A DNA stretch of 63,988 nt, counting the filler, from Reticulomyxa filosa (Eukaryota; Protista; Foraminifera): assembly GCA_000512085.1 (NCBI GenBank). It is 22 parts of 22 records of this genome, joined end to end, with 100 filler letters (N's around TTAATTAATTAA, not from the genome) between each part and the next. Parts side by side here need not be neighbours in the genome. Positions count along the whole stretch, not along the records: positions 1 to 3,609 come from ASPP01036343.1; positions 3,710 to 5,035 come from ASPP01028222.1; positions 5,136 to 8,583 come from ASPP01032929.1; positions 8,684 to 10,013 come from ASPP01010759.1; positions 10,114 to 12,168 come from ASPP01014386.1; positions 12,269 to 13,299 come from ASPP01042794.1; 16 more parts are not named here. One strand, given 5' to 3'. Below the pieces are notes generated by a model. The model saw nothing but the letters and a program-made list of their open reading frames with translations. It was not told where the DNA came from and searched no databases. This document shows, one piece after another, positions 1-12,414 of the stretch. Numbering within the stretch: position 1 is the first letter of the stretch; every line of letters begins with the position of its first letter. The position numbers and the translations under genes are program-made.

Positions 1-3000
1 TTTCTCGGCATTACTTTATTTGGCTGCACAAAAAGCAATGCAAATAGATGATATTAAAGATGATGAAAAAAAGGGACAAATGCAAATATTAAGTAAGAAT
101 TTAAATGACATTGAGTTTGGCAAAGATGAATTGAAATCGAAATTACCTGATTTATTTCGTCCATTGTGTCAACCAGAGGAAATTGTGAAAACACAGCGTA
201 ATGAAGACATACGATCTTATTCATTGGTTAAGTAAAATAATTTTTTTTGGAAAAACAATTTTTTTCTTCTTTTTTTTTAAAATGGTTGATGTTTGTTGAC
301 ACAAATACAAAAAAAAAAGGGAACAACTGTGGAGACTAAGAAAAAGAACTCCAAAGATCAAATGGCAATGATAATAACGAATGACACGGAGCGCAACATC
401 CCAATAGAGTGGATCCACTGTACAAAAGAAATATCATCATTCAAAAAAGTTGACAAATTTGAAAAAACAGTCAAAGAATTTTTCGATAATGAGGTCTCTG
501 AAGATGTTTTAATCTTGCAATGTCGTTACGCACCCAAATGTAAATATAAATTGGAACAAATCATACATATTCTTCAACTCGAACATTATCTATTTTATAA
601 TGATCCAGCAAATAGTGAAAAACATAAATTGATTATTTTGCTGATCCATACCAACAAAAAATCACCATTTCCTTTGATATTTCGACAGTTAACAAAAAAT
701 AATCTTTTTTGCTAAAACAAAAGTGGAGTCCCTCTTTTTTAAAAAAATAGGAAATGGAATATCATTTACGTTGATTATTTATTATCAACGGATACGATAT
801 TATCGCAAAAAGATTTGAAAGAACAAGTAGCAAACGCGATTGATAGACAACTCAAACAAGTTAAAAAATACTTTTTCCTATTCTTTCGAATAGATGATGG
901 ACATTGTCTGTCTATTGCTTTATAGGACTTATCCGGATATGCACTCAGGGCTTTCGGAAAGTTGCATTTTCCACATTCCGTTGATTCTTTGAAGGAAAGA
1001 AAATCTGTATCGTCATTGTTTAAGGATAAAGGATGTGTAGCCATCCTTGTGAAAAGATTAACAACTCTCTTGTCCAAAATTGCGGCCTACAATTCAATTG
1101 AATATATTTTGTATAATTTAGAGAAAAGTGGAAAGAAAAGGATGAAAGGATCTTTTTTCGAAAGATATCAAGATATCATTGATACTTTGTTAACTTTGAC
1201 TTTTGTCAATGTGTTAATTGCTGTTTATCAAAATGGTGGTTTTGCAGTTTCGTTACATTTTTCATTTATTTTTATTTTTGTTTGTGTCACCATTTATAAC
1301 ATATGCAAATACACAAACGATAATTTAAAGAAATATATCGAAAGCAAAAAAAGGAGAGGGGAAAAGAAAAACAAAAAGTATCAACAATTATTTGAAAGAG
1401 CATTGCAAAATGAAGAATTAGTCAAAATGAGACCAGTTAATATTGATGATAGTCACTTGTTGTTGGCTGCAATTAATCCTCAATTATATTCAATTCGAAC
1501 TTGTTTGCAATGTTCTTTTCCATTTAGTTATTCAATTCATTCATGGTGTCAACAACAACTCTCGAAATATTCCAAATCACCAAACAATGACCTAAGTTCA
1601 CATGCAACAATGTTGGAACAAATGCCAATTGGAAATGACAAGTTAACAAATTGGGAAGTGGATTATTCTCTAAAAATAACTCATGAATATGCAATGGATT
1701 TGGTTCGATTTGAATTTTCATCACGTTTACATACTCCAAATCAACAAATCATTCTACGAAATGTTATTGTGTCTATGGCATTGTTATTATGTGGCAAATT
1801 AACTATTGCCACGATTGAAGTGACCATACATCATCATCGTTACATCATTTCCCGTTATGCATATTTGATCTCTATCTGTTCCAAAATTGCATATGTGGAA
1901 GAACATGTTCCTAAAGATCAACCTGGGCAATGGTTGGTACAAATAACTCTATCTCTTTGGAAGTTGATTCTATTCAGGGAAAATCGCACTATGAGTGAAG
2001 GTCTACTATTTTTTCCTACTTCGATTTCAATCCTTTTTAACTTCTTACTTAAACACCTGCAAAATGACAATACGGATCTTGTGAATAAGTTATTGACAAG
2101 CGCTCGTAAAATTGAAATTCAACGTCTTGGGATCATGTATTTAGGAACAAGTAAATTTATGGATGAAGAAAAATATTTGATTGAGCATGGTTTTTTGGGA
2201 AATGAAACGTCAATTAATCATATCCTTCAAGGTTATTCCCAACAAAAATATTCTGATTTCATTCAAGATTTACTCATCACAATCAAATGTGTGGAAAGAA
2301 TTGAGAAAAATGCAGATAAACGTAAGATATATATTTCAATTTTGCCAAAGTTGTATTCCAAAATTGGGAATAAACTCATTCCCAAAATGCAAATTTTGAA
2401 AGAAATGGTGTTACATGGACATTTGAATAATAATCTCGCTTTGTACTCGGATGAAGCAATACGGTTGAATCGTTGCTTGGAATTAATGCTTTTGAAGAAA
2501 AAAGTAAATGAGGATAGCAAAGATTGGAAGAAGTTATGTGGTAAAGATGATACCTCTAATCTTGGCTGTGTTGTAAAAATTTCAAAAGTGAAAGTGGATG
2601 TTACCAAACTTATTTCTTTTATGGTTGATGGAGATATTGATCTTACACAACTCGAGGAAAACCAGAGTATATTTAATTTACTGGAAGAAATGAGTAAATT
2701 ATTGTTGAATTTCAGTAGTTGTTATAAACAGTATGAACGTACTTTGTATGTGTGGTTTTTGAAACAACTTTATGTGTGGAAAGGGATTCATTGGATTGAG
2801 ATCATATTCACGCAACTGGATATTGGCATGAAATATCCTCTTTTTGGAAAATTAAAGACAAACAATATATTTCGTTTATTGCGTGCAAGGACGTTTCACG
2901 ATAATCCTTTCAATCCTTTCATTGGAGTGTATGGAGATAATACTTACATGAACGATACACAGTACATCATGCATCACAAATCTTCCGTCCCTCTTAATAA

Positions 3001-3609
3001 TTGCTCTCGCAATATTTATCACGAAATAATTGCACAGTTGTTTCCTTTAATCAATTCAAGTGAACGCCACTTGAATGATCAATCCCAAAGTTAATTTTTA
3101 TTATTGTTGTTTCTTTTGAATATTTTTTTTTTACAATTTTGTTGGGTGTGCAAAGTTCAAAGATCGAATTGTATCGTTATAGATTTTTTCCTATCTGCTG
3201 AAGTGAAGAATGAGTATAAACAGATTTTACAAACTATTACTAATTGGTTTTCTTCGAAGGACAGCCAAACGCTTTCTATGAGAGATACACTTGACGTGAT
3301 TGTGACAAGATTAGGTTTCCATTTTGTATCTATTCTGCCATTTATGAAACAGAATCCATTTCAATTGCTATTGGTTGATTCCGAATTATTTTTGCCTACA
3401 TCAACTGAATGTGAAACAGTATCAAATGAGCCTTTAAAAGTGCATTACTGTTCAAACAATCATGTATTATTGATTGATGGATCAGAAGACCTTTTGAAAC
3501 AAGTGAAATGCCAAATAAATGGCTGTGGGGGTATTATCATTAAGACAATTTCCAAAAAGTCAAATCAACGAAAGAATACAATAGATACGAAAGATGATTG
3601 GTTTGTATT
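1..3609 (+). CDS. RNF213/mysterin-like giant E3 ligase, internal fragment with degenerate RZ finger (multi-exon, both ends truncated)
   Basis: ORFs 20-235, 293-715, 962-3094 and 3104-3609 can be joined by short GT-AG introns (e.g. 3090-3182). Motifs occur in RNF213 order: VLILQC, LIILLIH, WNIIYVDYL, FPFS, FLPT, then YCSNNH-x15-C-x4-C (RZ-finger spacing). Confidence 0.65.
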
Positions 3610-3709
3610 NNNNNNNNNNNNNNNNNNNNNNNNNNNNNNNNNNNNNNNNNNNNTTAATTAATTAANNNNNNNNNNNNNNNNNNNNNNNNNNNNNNNNNNN
3701 NNNNNNNNN
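3610..3709. other. Artificial contig linker N44-TTAATTAATTAA-N44 (first of 21)
   Basis: The same 100-nt spacer also starts at about 5036, 8584, 10014, 12169, 13300, 15883, 17773, 28694, 31179, 33517, 35589, 37224, 38324, 45678, 48925, 50923, 52362, 53548, 60992 and 62888. Confidence 0.99.
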
Positions 3710-4955
3710 TATTCAGCTGTAAGGTGTTATTGTTGTCGTCTGTGTATGAGTGATCATGACTATAATGGCATGGTCGATTGCACTGCGACAAGTCATCTCC
3801 ACTTGCTTTGGTCACTTGCACTTTGCCTTGAACAGGCCAATTGGCATTACTAACAAGGAAATCAAACTGCACACATTCCAATGGGTTTGCATCCACAAAC
3901 GCATGTAAGCCACAACTTTGCAATAAGGAATAGACAGTACTAATCAAGTGAACGTACTGCGAGTTTTGGGGGTCCACTTTCTGGCCATTCACACATTGTT
4001 GCAACAAGATGGACACGGTGTCTATAATGCCTTGCACGTGATCGATTCTTGCATTTTCATACTTACTGAGTTGTGACGAATACAATTGCAACGCATTGGT
4101 CAATGCATCAATGATCATTTGCACCTTGGTCACATCCAACGTCGAGCTGTCTGGTTCACCTTGTAAAGAAATATAACCTTGCCATATTCGCCAATGCTTC
4201 AATGTAATCGGCAATGTCGTCGATCCTCTTCATCTCCGCATGTTCATACCAAAATATCATTTCATTCATCCAATTCACATACCAACTCGCATCTGCATCA
4301 AACGAGCTTGCGTCGGCAGCTCGGACATGTTGAACACTTGTTCAAATCCATTGGCATTGTTAAATAGCGAATACATCACCGCTGTCATTGCACTCATGTA
4401 TTCGTTGATTTGTCTCTGCGCGAAATAGTGATATCTCATCTGCGACGCGCTTACATACAAGTGATCCGCACTGGATGGCAGTGTCACTAAAATCACATTC
4501 GACAATAGAGACACGGAAATCGCATGCGTGTATACGTCTCGGATTTGCGCATACACGTAGTATCTCCCGACGCCCAGCACAAAGGAAAGGGAATTGTTGT
4601 ACGTCCAGCCTGCCACTTTAAATGCGCGGCACGTGGACAACAGCGCTTCACTCGAGAGGGTCGCGTTTTGTGAGAAAGTGGCTTGCGACAATACACAGTT
4701 GCGAGATGTCTCTGCCGAAACGATCCACACCGAATACTCCAAAGACGGACCAGACGCTAAGCTTTCATACCAATGTCGAGCCTCGTTCACATAGGCTACA
4801 TTCCAGTTATCACAAGACACTACAAACAATGAAGCAAAGGCTTTCGCCGACGATGTTGTGGACATACTGCACGTACCTCCCAATGGAGGGATATTTGTCA
4901 ACACACTCACAGCCGTTTCTACCACAAAACAACAAACAAAATTATATATGTACAT
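3710..4955 (-). CDS. REJ/polycystin-like extracellular protein, internal fragment
   Basis: ORFs 4275-4955 and 3710-4214 join through a probable short intron at about 4227-4281. PPLGGTCSM, FVVSCDNW, LEYSV and LGVGRYYVYAQIRDVY resemble the REJ module. Confidence 0.5.
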
Positions 4956-5269
4956 ATATGTATATATATATATATATAAATTTGTTAAAAAAAATAACCT
5001 ATGACATAAGGATAATATGTATCTTCTCGAATTCGNNNNNNNNNNNNNNNNNNNNNNNNNNNNNNNNNNNNNNNNNNNNTTAATTAATTAANNNNNNNNN
5101 NNNNNNNNNNNNNNNNNNNNNNNNNNNNNNNNNNNAAAAAAAAAAAAAAGGACAAAAGTTGTGCTTTTCAAACCCCTTTTTTTTTCCGCGTATTTTCGCG
5201 CGCAAAATAGCTTTTAAAAGCAATTGCGAAGAAAAGTAAAACAAAAAAAAAGTTTTTTATGTTGAACAG

Positions 5270-8200
5270 GCAGCAGCGGTTGGGGCGGTTCTTCAAGTAC
5301 AAATAGTACCAATAACTCTGGTGGCAGCTGGGGTTGGGGATCAAACGGCAATAACAATAGTAGTAACCCGAATAATAATGCGAACAAGAATCCCAATAGC
5401 AATAACACAGCTCGATTGGGCACAAAAGGCTTTGTTTTCAAACCGCATTTGGACACGAGTCAAGCCGGTGGCAAGCGTTGTTACTTTCAAAGCCTGTGTT
5501 ATTTAAAGGACTTTTGCAACAAATCTCCGGAAGAGCTGCGCTTTGAAGATATGTTTGGAAAATCGGCAGTGCCGACTGGCAACGACAGTAATTGGAATTG
5601 GGGAGGCAATACAGGAAATACAAGCAATACAGGTAATAATACAGGAAATACAGGAAATACAGGCAACACAGGCAATACAAGCAATACAAGCAATACATGG
5701 GGATCCAACAATACAGGCAACAGTTCTAACAATAGTACATGGGGAAGCTCTTCCAATGACTCATGGGGAGGCTCCAGTAGTGGTAGTAGTGATTCCTCAT
5801 GGGGAGGCTCCAGTAGCGGCAGCAGCAGTAGTAATAACAGTTCCAGCGGTTTGTTATTCAAAAAAAACAACGTACACACATACTTTGCAATGTCCACACT
5901 TACAAATTGGAGTTTTTTAAAAAATGCAAACTTTTTTTTTTTTTTTTAAAACAAAATAAAAAAAAGGCTGGGGATGGGGTGATGGCCCAAGCAATAATTC
6001 AAGCAATAATTCAAGCAATAATCCAAGCAATAACCCAAGCAGCAGCAATAGCAGCAGCAGTGGCTCTTCTTGGGACTGGAACGGCGGAAATTCCTCAAAT
6101 AGTACCAGCGGATGGGGAGGCAGCTCCTCGAACAACAGTGGATGGGGAGGCAATAGTGGTAATAGTAGCAATAGTGGTAATAGTGGTAATAGTGGTAATA
6201 GTGGCAATAGTGGCAACAATAATGGCTGGGGAAGCAGTAGCGGCTGGGGTAGCCAACCCTCATCCAACACGTCAAACTCAAGTTCGTCATCGTGGGGTAG
6301 CGATTGGGGCTGGGACAAGAACAAGCCCAACAACAATGGCAGTGGTTCATCCTCTTCAGGATCAGGTTCCTCCAATTGGGGATGGGGCAACAATGGCAGT
6401 GACTGGAATAGTGGATCCAGTTCCAGTGGCACCAGCAGCGGCAATAGTGGCTCGTGGGATTGGGGGGGTTCGTCGTCCTCCTCTTCCTCGTCATCCTCTT
6501 CTTCTTCCTCTTCTTCCTCTTCTTCCAACAATTCCAAAGGCAATGGTTGGGATTGGGGAGGAAGCAGCTCTTCCGGCTCCGGCAGCTCGAACTCGTGGGA
6601 CTGGGGGGGCTCCAGCAACAAAGGTGATAACAACCAAAATAAAAGTTCCAATGGATGGGACTGGGGAACATCCAAATCCTCCAATGGAGGTAGCGGTGGC
6701 AACTCGAGCGGATGGGATTGGGGCACCGGCAACTCGTCTAATTCGAGTAACACCAGCTCCGGCAACGGATGGGACTGGGGCACCAGTAGTTCCGGCAGCA
6801 GTTCCAATTCGGGATGGAACTTCAACAATAGTTCATCTTCCAGTAATGGTAGTGGATGGGATTGGGGGACGAGCAAATCAAGTTATTATCATATATCTGT
6901 ATGACAAGAGAACAGCTTTTTTTTTTTTTTACAAATAAAACGTTTAAAAAAAAAAATGGTAGACGGCACAAACCAACAATCAAGTGGAGGCTGGGACTGG
7001 GGAAGTGGAGATAAAAACAAAGACTCGTGGAATTTTAGTTCTTCAAACAACAACAACAATAATAACAACAATAACAACAACAAACAGAATAACAACAGCA
7101 ACAACGCAAACTCTTCCATGTTTGCTTCACATGCCCAAAACCCATACCAAATTGACTTGTCCAAAGGTCTGAAATTGTTACACGAACCAAAGAAAGTGCA
7201 GAAATATGTCGAGGAGAAATGTGACCACGGATTAACTGGCAATCGGGATCCTGCCTTTTGGAGTCAACAAGCACAATCCGTCAGCAGCAGCGTACCCATG
7301 GAATTCAAAAAAAAGGATTTGGCATTACCTATCGCATTGGCTTCGACTAAAAATGTTTCGTCCATTCGTGCAGAAGAGCGAGAAAAACTGATGACCAAAA
7401 AAACGCTGACCAACTCCAAGACAAGTTTGAGTGTGGCGACATTGGACAGCAATAAGCCAAGAGTTTCAAAGACTCAAACTCAACCGCAGCAAGATGTCAC
7501 ATCGATTTCGTCATTGCTTCAAGATGAGGACACGATTCAACCTCATTTAAATTTTTCCAGCATTGTCAAAGAGACATCACCGCCTCCAGATCGACAATCG
7601 ACACCTCCACTATCTACTCTTGACATAAGCGATCTGAGACCGCCCACTGATAGCGATTTGCCAAAGTTAACCAAACCCGGCTATTATTGCATTCCGAGTC
7701 TCAGCGATATGAGACAGATGGCAATAAACCAATTAAAACGTGTTCGAGATTTCACTGTCGGACGTGAAAATTATGGAAAAGTTACTTTCCCTGGAGAAAC
7801 AGACGTTCGAGGTATCGATTTAGACGCAATTGTTGTAATTGAATGGAGAGCTATCCAAGTCTATGATAATCATGATCCCAAAAAACCACCCATCGTTTCG
7901 CTTTTTATTTTCTATTTTACATTATTTCTTGTTCTTTTAGTTTTTACAATTTTATGTGTGTGTGTAACCAGGGACAAGGCCTGAACAAACCTGCAGAAAT
8001 TGAACTTTATCGAGTCGGTCCTCATCCACCACCGGATGCCGACAAAGATTGGAAACCTACACGTACTGAAATGCAAGAATTGTCGTTGAAATTGCAAAAT
8101 ATATGTGCCAGTGATGAAGCCACCACCTTTGATAGTTTCGATTTGACTCATGGTACTTGGAAATTTCGTGTACAACACTGGACTATTTATGGCGTTTCTG

Positions 8201-8274
8201 AAGACACTGAATGTATTTTATTGACCAAATTACCATCACTGCAGTTCCCCGTGCATATTAGATCCAATCGTTAA
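5270..8274 (+). CDS. NUP98: Nup98-like nucleoporin with GLEBS motif, WG/WDWG repeats and C-terminal autopeptidase (S59) domain; 5' truncated
   Basis: Exons 5270-5848, 5967-6881, 6963-7894 and 7972-8274 splice in frame. GLEBS-like FQSLCYLKDFCNKSPEELRFEDM. Autopeptidase motifs PKLTKPGYYCIPS, DFTVGRENYGKVTFPGETDVRGIDLD, KPPIGQGLNKPA and GTWKFRVQHWTIYG. Confidence 0.9.
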
Positions 8275-8953
8275 GAATGAATCATTCCAAGTTTTCATAC
8301 TATCAATTTGTTTGTTATTACTTCTTACTCATTTTTTAAAAAATTGCGATACTTCCTTTTCACTAAAAGAATATTTGACTCATATCTAAACTGTTTGCTG
8401 CACTCAAACTCAACCATTCAAGTTTTTTTATATAAATATAGAATAAAATAATGTTTTGTGGGTACTCTACGCTATGAAATGTCCTTAAAAAATCAATGTT
8501 ATAAATTTGAACAATTTCCTATCTACATTTTTTTAATGATGACGCCAGTGGATTCTGTAAACAGTTTTTTCAATTAAAATATCNNNNNNNNNNNNNNNNN
8601 NNNNNNNNNNNNNNNNNNNNNNNNNNNTTAATTAATTAANNNNNNNNNNNNNNNNNNNNNNNNNNNNNNNNNNNNNNNNNNNNCGTTTTCTTTTAATAAT
8701 ATTCTTACATTGTTGATGTTCCATCTATAATGATTCACTATTGATTTGAATAAAGTTTTATAAAGTCACAAAATATAATGCGCAGTTTTCATTTATTATG
8801 CTTTTCAATTCTTTAAAAAACATTAAGCATAAAATAAACACATTTTTCAATTTGTACTCAATCAAATCAAACAAGTTTAATATTAACTTACTTTTCTTTT
8901 AATCAAACTTTTCAAGCAAAAACACTTTCATTTCTTGTTCAACAAAAAATAAA

Positions 8954-10013
8954 CTATCCCTAAATACGAATGGTACCTTTGAGTGAACCATAACACATAT
9001 TCAAACCATACGTAATATTCTTTGTCTTATCTTTCTTTTTCAATCTAATAAATTTAAGACAAAATATTACACCATCTTCTTCATCATTTCCTTCAATAAC
9101 ATATAATTGATTCTTATTTGATCGAATATCCCAAAAACGAATTGTATTATCCAATGATCCAGAACATATCACATTTGAATTACAATACTATTCTTTATTA
9201 CAAATGGTGAATATTCAACAGCAACTACATAATCTGTATGCCCATTGAACACTTGAATTTGTTTACCAGATCGAATATCCCACAAACGAACGCTTTCATC
9301 AAGTGATCCAGATAATATTGTATTTAATAATTCATTTGATCCATATTTTACACTCCTCACAATATTTGTATGTCCTTTAAATGCATTGAGTTGTTTGGTT
9401 GTTTCAATATCCCATATTCGAATGGTTTTGTCCCATGATCCAGAACAAATTGTATATCCATTTCCACCAATCACACCAATATTATTCATTTTATTATTAT
9501 TGTCATTGTTATTATTGATTTGTAATGGTGAAATATCAACACAATAAACAGTATTTTCATGCCCATTAAAAACATGTAATGATTTTGATGTTTCAACATC
9601 CCATAAACGAATTGTTTTATCACCAGATCCAGAACACAAATATCTACCACCATTAAATGGCGAAAATTCAATTTCACTAACATAATTAGTATGTCCATTG
9701 CATATTTGTAATTGCTTATTATTTTTGAAATCCCAAAAACGAATTGTTTTGTCTTCTGATGAAGAACAAATGACATTTTGACGATGATTATGATAATAAT
9801 ATGATGAAAATTTCACACAATATACTTCATCTGAATGTCCATTAAATGATTGAATTTGTCTGTTGTTATCAACATCCCATACACGAACTGTTCTATCAGA
9901 TGATCCAGAACAAATCAATTGACAATCATCAAATGTTGAGTAATCAATAGTATACACCGATTTAGTATCTCCAGTGAATGTATTGATTAATTTGGATGAT
10001 GAACGAAATGTGT
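8954..10013 (-). pseudogene. WD40-repeat protein of an expanded paralog family, frameshifted
   Basis: Repeated GH...ICSGSxDxTIRxWD units. Frameshift at about 9180 between ORFs 9169-9957 and 8960-9172. The terminal RIWG* reads RI*G* (TGG to TAG). Confidence 0.8.
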
Positions 10014-10113
10014 NNNNNNNNNNNNNNNNNNNNNNNNNNNNNNNNNNNNNNNNNNNNTTAATTAATTAANNNNNNNNNNNNNNNNNNNNNNNNNNNNNNN
10101 NNNNNNNNNNNNN

Positions 10114-10447
10114 TTCTTCCTCTTCTTCTTCTTCTTCTTCTTCTTCTTCTTCTTGATTATCGCTTTGGACGCCAGCATATTGTTTGGAAATATTGTGCTG
10201 AGCTTTTGCAAGCGTGTCTTGCGCCGTGGTAGCATACTTGTGATCGTGTGCGTGTAGCGATTGGGACAAAGGCTGGCGGAGAATGCGATCCAACTGAGTG
10301 GTGGATCGTTCATTGACATGGAGGTAGTTGTTAATTGTAAGACTGTCCGTGGGCAAAGGCAACAAATCGGCGATATGTTGGCTTTCATTATTATTCGAAG
10401 GTGTAATAGCAGCATCGGTGATATAAGGTAGTTCATTATATCTACTC

Positions 10448-10478
<31 letters not shown>

Positions 10479-11970
10479 GTTCATCGTCATTACCATCGTC
10501 TTGTTTAGGCTGACGTACAATATATTGATGCTTGCTAGTTTTTTTAGACATGGGATCATTGGCTGCTCTCTGTTGATAATGAGTGACGCTATAGCGATTG
10601 AGCTTGTGATTGCGGTCATTGCGCACATCGACGGTCATACTGCTGCTCTCACTCGTAGTTGTCGTCGTAGTCGTACTCTGTCGACTGCTACTGTTGTTGC
10701 TATCTCTTCTCCTTTCCGCCGTTTGTCTGTATTTGTGTTTGCTCTCTTTTTTTTTCAGCTGCATGTTTTTGTTTTTATTTTTATTCCTACTTCTACTATT
10801 CGCATTGTCATTATCATTGCCATTGGCATTCATATTTGTGTTGATATTCATGTTCCCATGTCCACTCTCCTCCACCTGTTGCGACCTACGTTTGTCGGTG
10901 GTATTGATCAACATCGATCGCTTCGAATGATACTGTGGAGACGTCAGCGATCGACTTGAACCAAACGATTGATTAGTCGCAATTTGTCCAGATCTCTTTT
11001 TATCTCTGGATGTTTTGTGTTTCGCATCTCTCGTCTGGGATTTGTCTGTCTTGCCTTTTTTATTCTGTTTGTTACTTGTTTTGTTTTTATGCTTGTCTTG
11101 ATCGTTTTTGCTTGTATGTTTGCTTTTACTTGTGTCTAAATGTTTTGTCTTTTTTTTTTCTTTTTACTATTATTATTATTAGTATGCATGTTTGCGTTGG
11201 AATCACTTTCGCTTCCATTCCTTCGATTCATCGTGGCCGCCAATTGACGATCTGGTCCACTTTGTGCGTTGTCATGCAGACGCAACCGATTGACGCCCAC
11301 TTGGTTCTCGTGCTTTGCCCACATGCTTTGCTCGCCCTGAGACTTCAACAGATATCTCGGCGTCACTTTCAAAGACATTGACTTTTGCAATGGTAAATTC
11401 GAATCCGATGTCTCATTACCATTCGCCGCGCTCTTCATCATCAGCACTGCGCCGTTGCCATTATTGCTTCTGCTTTCTTCGATTCGAGCCGAGCTGACCG
11501 GCACTGATATGGCTTTCTCCATTAATTTCACATTATATTCTTTTTTTTTTTTTTTTTTTAAAGTGAAGCAAAAAAAAAAATAAAAATAAAAAATCCACAT
11601 ACTGCATGCATCTGCAAACACAGCGCAAGCAAAAAAAAAAATTATGTTTATGAACTGAGGAAGCATGTTGGGATGAACGGCATCCATTTCACGCTCCATT
11701 TTATTACTTTGATGCAATTTCTTTTTGTTTGTGTCCATTTTCGGTCCAATTGATATTTTCTCTCTCTTTTCTTCTTCTTCTTCTTGTCTTTTTTTGTCAG
11801 CTTCATCATCATCGTCATCATCATTATCATTATCATTATCATTATCATTATCATTATCTTCTTCATCATCATCTTCTTCTTCATCATCATCTTCTTCATC
11901 ATCATCTTTTTCATCATCATCTTCCTCATCTTCTTTTTCATCACCATTTTCTTTATCACCTTCTTTTTCT

Positions 11971-12005
<35 letters not shown>

Positions 12006-12110
12006 TTCGACATCTTCTTCCTCTTCACTTTCGTTGTCATTTCCATCCTCTTCCTCTTTTTGCTTTGACTCATCTTTCTCCTCGTCTGTGGTTCATTTCG
12101 CATACATATA
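10114..12110 (-). CDS. Low-complexity acidic/Asn/Ser-rich hypothetical protein, multi-exon fragment
   Basis: GAA/GAT/AAT triplet tracts give poly-E/D/N on the minus strand. Open stretches flank a poly-A/T intron at about 11540-11655. No recognisable domain. Confidence 0.4.
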
Positions 12111-12131
12111 GTAATAACAAGGGCAACCATT

Positions 12132-12168
<37 letters not shown>

Positions 12169-12268
12169 NNNNNNNNNNNNNNNNNNNNNNNNNNNNNNNN
12201 NNNNNNNNNNNNTTAATTAATTAANNNNNNNNNNNNNNNNNNNNNNNNNNNNNNNNNNNNNNNNNNNN

Positions 12269-12414
12269 TGATCAAAGGAGATGAGAAAGAAGATGATGGA
12301 ATAATTTGTCTTAAATTTATTGAATCGAAAAAGAAAGATAAGACAAAGAATGTTAAATATGATTTTACTTTGTGTTATGGTTCAGACAAAGGTCCTATTC
12401 GTATTTGGGGATAA
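12269..12414 (+). CDS. 3' end of another WD40-family paralog
   Basis: IKGDEKEDDGIICLKF...LCYGSDKGPIRIWG* matches the C-termini at 8954-9110 and 35120-35277. Confidence 0.8.

Noticed and set aside
5907-6938. ORF-track proteins 5907-6938 (+), 5917-6876 (-) and 5946-6671 (-)
   Set aside because: These are shadow frames of the low-complexity WG exon. Only the third plus frame splices in phase with the GLEBS and autopeptidase exons.
11648-12220. Poly-His, poly-Ser, poly-Ile/Phe and poly-Met/Lys ORFs
   Set aside because: Alternative frames of GAT/GAA/AAT triplet repeats.
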